Assembly: GCA_963836075.1 (NCBI GenBank)
Contig: CAWIIB010000001.1
Coordinates: 1,728,001 to 1,792,000, forward strand
DNA: 64,000 bases
Origin: an uncultured Acidobacteriota bacterium
GTDB taxonomy: Bacteria > Acidobacteriota > JAQAZP01
Direction: 5' to 3'
In this document: positions 42,265 through 51,476 of the stretch, one piece after another
How the letters are laid out: each line of letters opens with the position of its first letter
How positions within the stretch are numbered: the stretch's first letter is position 1
Notes under the pieces: model-generated
The model's database searches: none
Told to the model about the DNA's origin: nothing
The model's input: the letters and a program-made list of their open reading frames with translations, nothing else
Made by a program: the position numbers and the translations under genes

Positions 42265-42289
42265 CAGCAAAACAGCAATGGGTAATCAG

Positions 42290-42319
42290 AAGCCCCGGTC
42301 ATTGGCCGGGGCTTTTTTT
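42290..42319 (+). terminator. Rho-independent terminator
   Basis: AAGCCCCGGTC-ATT-GGCCGGGGC followed by T7. Confidence 0.85.
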
Positions 42320-42374
42320 GTGTGATATTCTCGGAGGATCGACGCTTTCCATCACTCTTCCGGGGGATTCAACC

Positions 42375-44759
42375 ATGATGCTCACCAGGGTCCTGCTCGT
42401 TCTGCTGCTTTCTCTTTCCACGTTCACCGCTGCCGCTGAAGTGCGGGTGACCACCGTGGACCTGCTGGCCGACCTGGGCCTGGCGGTCAACGGCGCCGGC
42501 CCGCTGCTGGTGATGACCGACGTGGAGCGCAACCGGGTGATCGCCCCCTGCACACTCAGTTCCTCCATCTCGATCATTGACGGCGCCACGCACAAGGTGA
42601 CCAACATCCCCCTGGAAACCCGGGCGATCCAGCATCTCAAGGCCGAGGCGATGACCCTGCGCCGTTCCACCGGGGAGATCTACCTGCTGGGCACGAAGCG
42701 CTTTCACATCGTCTCCCCCGACACGGGAAAAGCGCTGTCGGTGGACACCGGGTCGCAGTTCGAATCCATTGCGGTGGACGAGGCCACCGGCAACGTCTTC
42801 CTCGCCGGCCGCGAGTGCCGCTCGCTGGGGATCTACGAGGCGGACGGCGGCACGTTCCGCCTGCTGGACTGGACCGGCCACGAGGAACCGCTGGTCAACC
42901 TCAACCAGACCCCGCCCCCGCCGATCCGCAAGGTGGTGGCCGACCCCGTGCTGGACCGCATCATCGCGGTGGACGGGTTCGAGAGCACGTTGACCCTCTT
43001 CGACGCGAAATCAGGGGAACGTCTGCAGTCCCGGGAGCTGCCGCTGACCAGTGGCGGGCGGTGGCACCTGGCGGGGTACGACGCGGGGATGGGCCGGATC
43101 TACCTGGTCACCGAGACCGACGAGCGGAAGGTGATCGAGGCCGCGGCCATCGGTCTGGACGGCGAGGACCAGCTGGTGAAGCTGCCGGAGTTCACCGAGG
43201 GAGTGGGCATCACCTGCAACCCGGTGCGTGACGAAGTCTACATCGCCTATGACAACCACCCCTCGGTGCACGTGGTGGCCTTCGGGACCGAGCCCGCGCT
43301 GCACGAGGTCCGGCTCCCGGCCTTTGGCAACGACGCCGCGGTGGTCGACCAGGCGAAAGGCCTGCTCTACGTGGGCAGCTGGTCCCGGGGCGAAATCGAC
43401 GTGGTGGACCTGGAGACCCGCAGACTGAAGAAACGGATCACCGGCCTGGGGATCATCCCCCACATGTTCAGTATGACCTTCAACCCCAACAACGGGCTGG
43501 TCTACTTCCCCCGGGGCGCCACCGCGGTGAACGGCACCTTCGGCGCGGCGCTGGCCACGCTGGAACCGGACAAGGAAACCCTGGGCAAGGTCTACACCGG
43601 CCGGGCACCGATCGACTTGATCGAACTGCCCGGGCGGGAGAGTGTGCTGGTCTTCGATTCCGAGGATAGCTTTGCCGAACTGAAGGCCGACGGTTCGTTC
43701 CAGACGCACAAACTGCCCCATGACTTCCCGGTGCGGGCGATCCACAGCCCCGAGGGGGACGTCTACCTCTCCTACGGGCCGCACCAGTCCTACTGGCCAA
43801 CGGTCTACATCTGGGCGGCGAAGAACGGGGTACTGACCATCGACGCCGAAACCCTCGAGTTCTACGACCGGCGCATCCCCCGCCAGGCCCACGAGATGGC
43901 GCTGGACGGCAAGGGGACCCTCTACTACACCCAGAACAACTGGGGCGGCGAGGAACAGTTTGTCGGCACGCTGCGCGACCAGGTGCGGCTGATCGAGATC
44001 GACCGCCGGCTGCCGCTGGGCGACACGGTGGAACGGGAGATCACCCAGCGGATCCTGCAGTATGACCCCCGGACCGAACGGCTCTACCTGGTGCGCACCG
44101 GAGAGAAGGACGAAGACCCGAGCATCCTGCAGGTGATCGACCCCGCGGCGCCGAAGCCCGCACCGGCGGAGGAGCAGGAGGAACCGAAAGAGGACGTTCC
44201 CTCCCCGTACGTGGAGCACCGGCGCGAGCTGGGGGTAACCGCCACCAGCCTGGTTCACGACCAGGAGTTGATCTTCGTGGCCAACTTCGACTCGGACACC
44301 GTGTCGGTGGTGGCCAAGGAGGGTTTCGTGCGCCTGCCCGAACTGCCCAGCGGTGACGGACCGCTGAAACTGGCCCTCTGCGATGGCCGCACCTGGGTGC
44401 TCAACCACCTGGGCCGCAGCCTCCAGGAGGTGAAGGAGGACGGAACCAACTGGCCCTGGCCCTTTGACGGCCTGCCGGACGGCCTGTTCGCCTGGGAGGG
44501 CAAACTGGTGGTCACGGCCCACGGGCCCCGGGCGATGAACGTCGCCCTCTTCGACCCGGCCACCGGGAACTTCTCCCGCCTGCACCGGCTGGAGTATCCG
44601 TTCGGGGAAACGCGGTTCGACTCGGCCAACGTCTCCTTCTACCTCCGGGGCCAGTTCGGTGACGCCCTCTTCGACCTCTGCCGCTTCGTGGAGGACGGGG
44701 ACGGCCGGTTGTGGGTCAGCGACTTTCTCTCGGGCCGGGTCTTCATCATCGAGCAGTGA
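42375..44759 (+). CDS. Secreted YncE/YVTN-like multi-beta-propeller protein
   Basis: Signal peptide; SISIIDGATHKV, IAVDEATGNVF, FVANFDSDTVSVV repeats. Confidence 0.7.
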   Translation: MMLTRVLLVLLLSLSTFTAAAEVRVTTVDLLADLGLAVNGAGPLLVMTDVERNRVIAPCTLSSSISIIDGATHKVTNIPLETRAIQHLKAEAMTLRRSTGEIYLLGTKRFHIVSPDTGKALSVDTGSQFESIAVDEATGNVFLAGRECRSLGIYEADGGTFRLLDWTGHEEPLVNLNQTPPPPIRKVVADPVLDRIIAVDGFESTLTLFDAKSGERLQSRELPLTSGGRWHLAGYDAGMGRIYLVTETDERKVIEAAAIGLDGEDQLVKLPEFTEGVGITCNPVRDEVYIAYDNHPSVHVVAFGTEPALHEVRLPAFGNDAAVVDQAKGLLYVGSWSRGEIDVVDLETRRLKKRITGLGIIPHMFSMTFNPNNGLVYFPRGATAVNGTFGAALATLEPDKETLGKVYTGRAPIDLIELPGRESVLVFDSEDSFAELKADGSFQTHKLPHDFPVRAIHSPEGDVYLSYGPHQSYWPTVYIWAAKNGVLTIDAETLEFYDRRIPRQAHEMALDGKGTLYYTQNNWGGEEQFVGTLRDQVRLIEIDRRLPLGDTVEREITQRILQYDPRTERLYLVRTGEKDEDPSILQVIDPAAPKPAPAEEQEEPKEDVPSPYVEHRRELGVTATSLVHDQELIFVANFDSDTVSVVAKEGFVRLPELPSGDGPLKLALCDGRTWVLNHLGRSLQEVKEDGTNWPWPFDGLPDGLFAWEGKLVVTAHGPRAMNVALFDPATGNFSRLHRLEYPFGETRFDSANVSFYLRGQFGDALFDLCRFVEDGDGRLWVSDFLSGRVFIIEQ

Positions 44760-44791
44760 CCAGCCCGGGTGCCGGACAGGTGAAAATCTCC

Positions 44792-45844
44792 ATGTTCCAA
44801 TGGCTGAGAAGAAGGAAGTGGCCCTGGTTTGCGGGCGGGGCGCTGTTGATCTTCGTCCTGTGGCAGCTATCGGCCAATTATTACCAGAAAGAACAGCAGG
44901 AGCTTCGGCAACAGGTCCGGGAAAAGCTGAAGGACCAGTTCCCGGAACAGGCGGAGCAATACGCCCGGACCATCGGTCTGTTCCCCTATGAAGCTGAAGC
45001 GGGCGAAAGGGATCGGGCCCGGGGACCGGTGGTCCTGATTCATGGCATGGACGACCCGGGAAAGGTCTGGCGCAGCCTGGCGCCGGAACTGGCCCGGCAG
45101 GGGCATGCGGTCTGGTTGATGCGCTACCCCGATGACCAGCCGGTGGTGGAATCGAGCCGGCTCTTCTTCGAGGAGCTGCAGCAACTTCCACGGCAGGGCG
45201 TTGACCACATCTCCATCGTGGCCCACAGCATGGGCGGACTGGTGACCCGGGAACTGCTCACCAGCCCGGACATCGCCTACCGCCTGGCGGTGGAACAGGG
45301 ACAGGTTCCGCGGGTGGACACCTTCATCATGGTGGCCCCGCCCAATCACGGCTCGCAGCTGGCCCGGTTCAGGGTCTTTGGCGAGCTGCGCGATCAATTT
45401 GTCGAGCTGACCGAAGAACAGCCGAACTGGCTGGCATTCATCTTCGACGGCGCGGGCGAGGCCAAAATCGACCTGCTGCCCGGGAGCAGGTTCCTCACCG
45501 AACTGAACGGCCGGCCCCACCCGGAGGGGGTGGAGATGCTGATCATCGCCGGCGTGACCAGCCCCTGGGACGAGAGCGACATCGAGGGCTGGGTCGACAC
45601 CATCCGTGATACATCACCAGCCGTGGACCAACAGGAAATCGATACCCTGAAAGACTACATGGTCTCAGTGACCCACGGGCTGGGGGACGGCCTGGTCACC
45701 GTCGATTCCACCCGCCTCGAGGGGATCGCTCATCTCACCGTGAAAGGCACCCACCTGACCATGATCCGCAACCTCACCGCCGAGAGCGAACATGTCCCGC
45801 CGGCCGTGCCGGTCATCGTCGAACGACTGGCTGCAGGGAGGTAG
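44792..45844 (+). CDS. Membrane-anchored alpha/beta hydrolase (lipase/PGAP1-like)
   Basis: VVLIHG, nucleophile elbow AHSMGG, APPNHGS, GDGLV, H in GTHL. Confidence 0.85.
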   Translation: MFQWLRRRKWPWFAGGALLIFVLWQLSANYYQKEQQELRQQVREKLKDQFPEQAEQYARTIGLFPYEAEAGERDRARGPVVLIHGMDDPGKVWRSLAPELARQGHAVWLMRYPDDQPVVESSRLFFEELQQLPRQGVDHISIVAHSMGGLVTRELLTSPDIAYRLAVEQGQVPRVDTFIMVAPPNHGSQLARFRVFGELRDQFVELTEEQPNWLAFIFDGAGEAKIDLLPGSRFLTELNGRPHPEGVEMLIIAGVTSPWDESDIEGWVDTIRDTSPAVDQQEIDTLKDYMVSVTHGLGDGLVTVDSTRLEGIAHLTVKGTHLTMIRNLTAESEHVPPAVPVIVERLAAGR

Positions 45845-45846
45845 GC

Positions 45847-46212
45847 TCAGGGAGCCATACCGGTAACGGTGCACTCACTCGTGTCCAGAGCTCCCGAGGC
45901 GGGATAGGGCGGCTGGTTGTAGGGCGACGGCGTGACATCCGCGGCATACAGGGTGAACAGGTTGTCTCCCAGCACTCCCGCCACGGCGGGAATGTTCTGG
46001 TTCCAGGCGACGACCATACTGGAACCGGGAGCCACATTGGCGTACCCGGCTTTCCAGATACTGTAGTTGGTGCCACTCGCCAGGCGGACGTCGATGCGGC
46101 CGGCCAGCCGGCGCAGCTGCCCGGCATAGAGGTTCTGCAGGGTCACCGTCATGGTGGTGACGAAGGGGATGGTGCCCCAGGCCGGCTGGCAGGTCAGGCC
46201 GGCCCGCAGCGT
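45847..46212 (-). repeat. PYNQPP C-terminal domain copy 6
   Basis: TLRAGLTCQPAWGTIPF...IWKAGYAN...DVTPSPYNQPPY...CTVTGMAP*. Confidence 0.9.
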
Positions 46213-47511
46213 GAGGAAATCCCCCGGATCGTAGTGGTATCCCAGATCCGCCGTGCCCTGGTCGGAGACCTGGTCGGTGCGCGTGGTGAACTGTCCGAGG
46301 CAGACGGTTCCGCTGCCTGCGGCGAAACAGACATCGTTCGCCGGGAGGTTCCCGCCATTGACGCAGGGGCTGTCCACCGGTTGCCCGGCGGCGGTCTGGC
46401 TCAGATACCAGTCCCCCCGGGGCCCGGCAATGAACAGCGGATCGGCATCCATGTTTCCCATGCCGTACCACAGGCCCTCGATGTCGGTGTAGGTGATGGA
46501 GGGAGGATCGCCGGAGACCACCCGCACCTGCTCCAGCGTGTTGCCCCAGATAATCGAGCGGAGGATGGCGGCGTCCGCCTCCTCGCAGGCCACACCCCCA
46601 CCGTTGATGTCTGCACTATTGGCCACCACGGTGCAGTTGGATATCACCGCCGAAGCCGCGCTGCAATACGCGCCGCCGCCCTGCTGGTCGGCACTGTTGC
46701 CCGCCAGCAGGCAGTTGGTCATCGTCGCCGGCGACGTGTCGAAAAAGATACCGCCGCCATGGCCGGCACTGTTCGATACAATCTCGCAGTTGGTGATGGT
46801 TGCCGGGCTCCAGCAGTAGATGCCGCCGCCGGACAGGGCCGTGTTCCCCGAAACCAGATTGCCGGTGATTGTCGGGTGAACGCCGACTCCGGCACAGGTC
46901 ACGCCGCCGCCGTACCGTCCCGCCGAGTTCGAGGTGATGCTGTTTCCGGCGATCAGCGGGGTCGAACCGGTATAGACGAAGATCCCGCCGCCGTTGTTGC
47001 TCCCCGAGGCCGTGTTCAGGGTGATGACGTTGCCGGTGATCAGCGGTGAGGCCCGCAGGCAGTAGATGCCGCCGCCGGTGGTAGCGGAATTCTGCGAGAT
47101 CAGGTTACCGTCAATGGTGGGGGCTGAATCGGCGCAGTAGATGGCGCCGCCGTAGCTGGCGGTGCCGTGCTGAATGGTAAACCCCCGGGCCACCGAAGCA
47201 GCGCCTTCACCACTCTGGAACAGGAACCCCCGGCCAACCCACTGGCAGTCGATGATGCAGGCGGCCGGCCCGTTCTCCGACTGGACGGTGATCGCCTTGC
47301 CGCCGTAGTCGAGGTTGCGGTTTCCCGGCCCGCTGTAAGAGCCGTCGGCCACCAGCACGGTGTCCCCGCTGGCGGCGGCGTCGATGCCGGCCTGGATGTC
47401 CGGCTGATCGCCGGGGACATGGACCGTTGCCGCGGGCAAAAGCCCCGGGACGGCGGCGGCCAGCAGGGCGGCGGCCAGCAGGAAGTTCAGCGGGTTCATC
47501 GATGCGCTCAT
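45847..47511 (-). CDS. Secreted right-handed beta-helix (Pmp-like GGGI repeat) protein with PYNQPP C-terminal domain
   Basis: VPGDQPDIQAGIDAA..GDTVLVADG start; NxAxxGGGIYC repeats; TTRTD..ADLGYHY segment. Confidence 0.85.
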   Translation of the reverse strand: MSASMNPLNFLLAAALLAAAVPGLLPAATVHVPGDQPDIQAGIDAAASGDTVLVADGSYSGPGNRNLDYGGKAITVQSENGPAACIIDCQWVGRGFLFQSGEGAASVARGFTIQHGTASYGGAIYCADSAPTIDGNLISQNSATTGGGIYCLRASPLITGNVITLNTASGSNNGGGIFVYTGSTPLIAGNSITSNSAGRYGGGVTCAGVGVHPTITGNLVSGNTALSGGGIYCWSPATITNCEIVSNSAGHGGGIFFDTSPATMTNCLLAGNSADQQGGGAYCSAASAVISNCTVVANSADINGGGVACEEADAAILRSIIWGNTLEQVRVVSGDPPSITYTDIEGLWYGMGNMDADPLFIAGPRGDWYLSQTAAGQPVDSPCVNGGNLPANDVCFAAGSGTVCLGQFTTRTDQVSDQGTADLGYHYDPGDFLTLRAGLTCQPAWGTIPFVTTMTVTLQNLYAGQLRRLAGRIDVRLASGTNYSIWKAGYANVAPGSSMVVAWNQNIPAVAGVLGDNLFTLYAADVTPSPYNQPPYPASGALDTSECTVTGMAP

Positions 47512-47554
47512 CGGTCTCTCTCGTTTCCCGGCGGGCCGGTCCCGCGGCCGCCGG

Positions 47555-47920
47555 TCAGGGCGCCACACCGAGCACGATACAGCCGGCGGTGCCGGAACTG
47601 CCGGACGGTGCGAACGGCGGCTGGTTGTAGGGCGGCGGCGTCACGTCCACCCCGGTCAGGGTAAAGCGGTTGAGGCCCACCACACTGCTCAGTGCCGGGA
47701 TGGTCTGGTTCCACGATACATCCCGGCTCTCGCCGGGCCCCAGGTTGAGCCAGCCGGCTTTCCAGTTGTTGTAGTTCTGGCCGGCGGCCACCGCCGCATC
47801 CAGGCGGCCGGCCAGCCGCCGCGGGCCATCGACCAGCGTGCTGGCCAGCGTGACCCTGAAATTGACGGAAAAGGGAACCGTGCCCGAGGCGGGGGTGGCG
47901 GTCAGCCCCACAGCCACCGT
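47555..47920 (-). repeat. PYNQPP C-terminal domain copy 7 (first Cys replaced by Ala)
   Basis: TVAVGLTATPASGTVPF...NWKAGWLN...DVTPPPYNQPPF...CIVLGVAP*. Confidence 0.9.
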
Positions 47921-49420
47921 GTCCACCGCACCACGTGCGTAGTGATAGCCGATGTCCGCCTGACCCTCGTCGCCAACCCAGTCGGTCCGGGTGGTCAGTT
48001 CGTCGAGACAGACCGTCACCATGTTGGGGGGTGGTGACTGGAACGCGATGGGGAAACAGATCGAGGCCGCCGGCACACTGCCGGCGTCGAGGCACGGGCT
48101 GTCCGCGCCGTGCCCGGTGACCACCCGGCCCAGGTAGTAGTCGCCCAGCGGCCCGGTGACGAAGAGCGGGTCGCCGTCGATCATCCCGGCCCCCCAGTTC
48201 AGGGTGCAGCCGTATTCGGCAAACACGCCGGCCAGGCCGCCCTGCACCAGCGAGTGGCTGATGTCCAGAGTCGAAGGATGGCTGCTCTCACCGATATGGA
48301 TCTCGCTGCCCAGGGGCGATGTATTGCCGGAGAGGATGGTGTCCACCACGGTGGCTGCCGACTCATAGCTGCAGGAGAGACCGCCGCCCCCGACAACCGC
48401 CGAATTGCCGGAAATCGTGTTCCCGCGAAGCAGCGGGTCGGAAAAAGCGCCGCTGCAGACGCCGCCGCCGATCCCATGGCTGTGGTTGCCGCAGATCAGG
48501 TTATTGCTGATTTCAGCGGGTGCACCGCCAAACAGAAAGATCCCACCGCCTTCTTCGTTGGCGGTGTTGCCGCTGATCACGTTGTGGGTGAACACCACCG
48601 TGTCGATATTGCTCAGTTCGACGCCGCCGCCCGTGTCGTGGGCCGTGTTTCCGGATATCTCGCAATGGGAAATGGTTGGCACCCCGAACGCACAGTACAG
48701 CCCTCCACCATGGTTTCCGCCGCTGTCCCCGTCTGCGTCGTTGGCGGAGATCAGACAGTTGGTGACCGCCGTCTCCGAGGAGTAGAGATAGAGCCCGCCT
48801 CCGCTGTTGCCGGTGTGTTCACCGGATACCGTGTTGCCGGTGACCGTACAGCCGTCGATGTCCGAAGCGTCGTAACGGCAGTAAATGCCGCCGCCCAGCG
48901 CCGCAGCGCCAAAGGTGGATGATTGGACCGAGTTGCCGGAGATGGTACAACGGGAGATCAGGGCATTTGAGGTGTCGAGAAAGATGCCGCCGCCCCGCCA
49001 GCTGGAACTGTTCTGGGTGACCAGGCAGTCGACGATGGTGGGGGACGAGTCGACGATGTGCAGGCCGCCGCCGCCCTCTCCCCCGTCGTCGCCATTGCGA
49101 ATGGTGAACCCCCGGACCACCGAATCCCGGCCTTCACCGCTGGTGATGGTGAACCCGGGTGAAAGCCCCTCGCAGTCGATGATGCAGTTTTCCGGGCCGT
49201 TGAGGGAGCGCACGGTGATCGCCTTGCCCAGCAGGTCGAGGTCGATGTTGCCGTAGAAGGTATAGGTGCCGTCGGCCACCATCACGGTATCCCCGGCAAC
49301 CGCCACATCGATGGCCGACTGGATGTAGGGATAGTCCCCGGGGACATGAATGACCGAGGCACCCCCGGCTGTGGGGATCAAGAGGAGAACCAGGATCGCG
49401 GCCATTGTGTATCGGTGCAT
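47555..49420 (-). CDS. Secreted right-handed beta-helix protein with PYNQPP C-terminal domain
   Basis: Paralog of both neighbours with the same architecture; GGGAG RBS before ATG 49420. Confidence 0.85.
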   Translation of the reverse strand: MHRYTMAAILVLLLIPTAGGASVIHVPGDYPYIQSAIDVAVAGDTVMVADGTYTFYGNIDLDLLGKAITVRSLNGPENCIIDCEGLSPGFTITSGEGRDSVVRGFTIRNGDDGGEGGGGLHIVDSSPTIVDCLVTQNSSSWRGGGIFLDTSNALISRCTISGNSVQSSTFGAAALGGGIYCRYDASDIDGCTVTGNTVSGEHTGNSGGGLYLYSSETAVTNCLISANDADGDSGGNHGGGLYCAFGVPTISHCEISGNTAHDTGGGVELSNIDTVVFTHNVISGNTANEEGGGIFLFGGAPAEISNNLICGNHSHGIGGGVCSGAFSDPLLRGNTISGNSAVVGGGGLSCSYESAATVVDTILSGNTSPLGSEIHIGESSHPSTLDISHSLVQGGLAGVFAEYGCTLNWGAGMIDGDPLFVTGPLGDYYLGRVVTGHGADSPCLDAGSVPAASICFPIAFQSPPPNMVTVCLDELTTRTDWVGDEGQADIGYHYARGAVDTVAVGLTATPASGTVPFSVNFRVTLASTLVDGPRRLAGRLDAAVAAGQNYNNWKAGWLNLGPGESRDVSWNQTIPALSSVVGLNRFTLTGVDVTPPPYNQPPFAPSGSSGTAGCIVLGVAP

Positions 49421-49455
49421 GTTCTGACTCCCCGTCGCTGCCTTTCCGGTTCCGC

Positions 49456-49821
49456 TCACGGGATGATCCCCGTCACTTCGCAGCTGTCCGTGTCCTGACC
49501 GCCAGAGGGCCAGTACGGCGGCTGGTTGTAAGGTGTGGGCGTCACGTCCTCGACGAGGAAGTGGAACCGGTCACTGCCCTCCAGCGCACCCAGCGCCGGC
49601 AGGGCCTGGTTCCAGGACACCACCAGCCCGTCCAGCGGGAGCACGTTGGCATACCCGGTCCGCCAGCCGCTGACCGTGGAACCGTCACCCAGCTCGATGT
49701 CGATGCGGCCGGCCACACGCCTCAGCTGATCGGCGTAGAGGTTGCTCAGTGTCACGGTCATCGTCGTGGCAAAAGGCAACAGGCCCAGACTCGGCTGGCA
49801 GATGATCGTCGCGCCCACGGT
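49456..49821 (-). repeat. PYNQPP C-terminal domain copy 8
   Basis: TVGATIICQPSLGLLPF...GWRTGYAN...DVTPTPYNQPPY...CEVTGIIP*. Confidence 0.9.
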
Positions 49822-51255
49822 GCTGCAGTCGGAGGGCCGGTAGTGATAGCCGATGTCCGCGATCCCCTGGTCGCCCAGGTGATCGGTACGGGTGGACAGC
49901 TGGTTCAACCAGGCGGTTCCGTTTCCCGTGGCGATGGCGGTACCGGCGGCCTGGCCCTCACCGCTGTCGAGGCAGGGGCTGTCCGCCGGCTGGCCGGCAA
50001 CCGTCTGCCCCAGGTAATATCCGCCCAGCGGGCCCGGGGTGAACAACGGATCGCCATCGATCATGCCGTCGCCCCAGTGAAGCGTTGCGCCAGATACGAC
50101 CCAGACTCCTGACTGGCCCCCCTGCACATCGGAGTAGCGGATGGTCACCGTGGTGTCGGCGCCCACCGAAATCTCATCGCCGTAGAAACTCTGGTTGCTC
50201 CAGAGGATACAGTTGACCAGGGTGGCCGAGGTGTTGTCGCTGGTGGAGTAGAGACCGCCGCCATGTTCGACGGACGTATTGCCGAAGATCGTGGAACTGC
50301 GGATCAGCGCAGCGGAACGGGCGACATAGATCCCGCCGCCGTAATTGGCGCTGTTTCCCGAGATCTCGCAGTTGGCCAGGTCGGGATCGGAGGACCAGGA
50401 GAAGCAGCAGCCGCCCCCGAAGGACGAGGCTGCGTTGTCGCGGATGCGGTTGTTGTGGATCACCGCTGCCGAGTCGTCACAGTAGATGCCGCCGCCGTGG
50501 CTCGCTGTATTCCCCCGGATCAGGTTGTCGGTTATCGTGGGGGCCCCACTGTCACAGTTGATACCACCCCCTTCGTAGGTGGCTGAATTGTTCTCGATGG
50601 TGTTGTCGGTGATGACGGCGAACGAGTTGACACAGCCGACCCCGCCGGAGTTGTTGGTAATGGTGTTGTTTCGAACCAGTGGATGACTGTTGTTACTGCA
50701 GGAAATTCCGCGGCCGCCCGTATTCCCGTCCACCAGGTTGCCTTCGATGATCGGGCTGCTGGTCCAGCCGCAGTAAACGCCGCTGTCGCCGTTGTTCAGG
50801 ATCGAGTTGTTCCGGATCACCGCACCACCGTGACAGATGATGCCGCCGCCGCTGTTGTCCATGATGATGCAGTTCCTGATGGTTGGACTGGAATTCGATG
50901 AGCTGTAAACCACGTGGTAGGGGGATCCGTGGATCAGTGTCAGTCCGTCGATGACGGAGTCTTCACCCTCCCCGTGGCCGAACAGAAAGGCCCGCCCGTC
51001 ATTCTCACAATCGACGATGCAGAAATCCGGCCCGCTCTCGGAGGCCACCGTGATCGCCTTGCCCTGGAAGTAGTTGTTCCTGTTGCCGTCCCCGGTGTAG
51101 ATGCCGTCGGCCAGCAGCACGGTGTCACCGGCCGACGCCGCGTCGATGGCCGCTCCGATGGTGGGCTGGTCACCGGGCACATGGATCACCGCAGCCGGGA
51201 GGGAAACGGACAGAAACAGGAATAGAATCGTGATGACGACACGGCTGATGGTCAT
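49456..51255 (-). CDS. Secreted right-handed beta-helix protein with PYNQPP C-terminal domain
   Basis: First gene of the 3-gene tandem; AGGAGAG RBS before ATG 51255; signal LPA-A. Confidence 0.85.
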   Translation of the reverse strand: MTISRVVITILFLFLSVSLPAAVIHVPGDQPTIGAAIDAASAGDTVLLADGIYTGDGNRNNYFQGKAITVASESGPDFCIVDCENDGRAFLFGHGEGEDSVIDGLTLIHGSPYHVVYSSSNSSPTIRNCIIMDNSGGGIICHGGAVIRNNSILNNGDSGVYCGWTSSPIIEGNLVDGNTGGRGISCSNNSHPLVRNNTITNNSGGVGCVNSFAVITDNTIENNSATYEGGGINCDSGAPTITDNLIRGNTASHGGGIYCDDSAAVIHNNRIRDNAASSFGGGCCFSWSSDPDLANCEISGNSANYGGGIYVARSAALIRSSTIFGNTSVEHGGGLYSTSDNTSATLVNCILWSNQSFYGDEISVGADTTVTIRYSDVQGGQSGVWVVSGATLHWGDGMIDGDPLFTPGPLGGYYLGQTVAGQPADSPCLDSGEGQAAGTAIATGNGTAWLNQLSTRTDHLGDQGIADIGYHYRPSDCSTVGATIICQPSLGLLPFATTMTVTLSNLYADQLRRVAGRIDIELGDGSTVSGWRTGYANVLPLDGLVVSWNQALPALGALEGSDRFHFLVEDVTPTPYNQPPYWPSGGQDTDSCEVTGIIP

Positions 51256-51365
51256 TCGACCTCTCCTGATCCGGTGAGACTGCTGATGGGCGTGATCAGC
51301 GTTTCGCGCGCACACGAGAGCGGCATCCGTTGCCGGATGGCGTTCACTCGCCTGCTGATGTAGTC

Positions 51366-51394
51366 AATATAGTGTTCGGGAACCCGCGGCGCAA
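51366..51394 (-). promoter_or_regulatory. Possible sigma70 promoter for the beta-helix gene trio
   Basis: Minus strand TTGCGC-N17-TATATT. Confidence 0.4.
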
Positions 51395-51476
51395 CCGAGC
51401 CGGGGAGGGAGAGGCGGGAGAGGCCCGGGCGCCGACAGCGGACGAGGAGCCGGCCATCGGCACCCGGGAATCAGAA

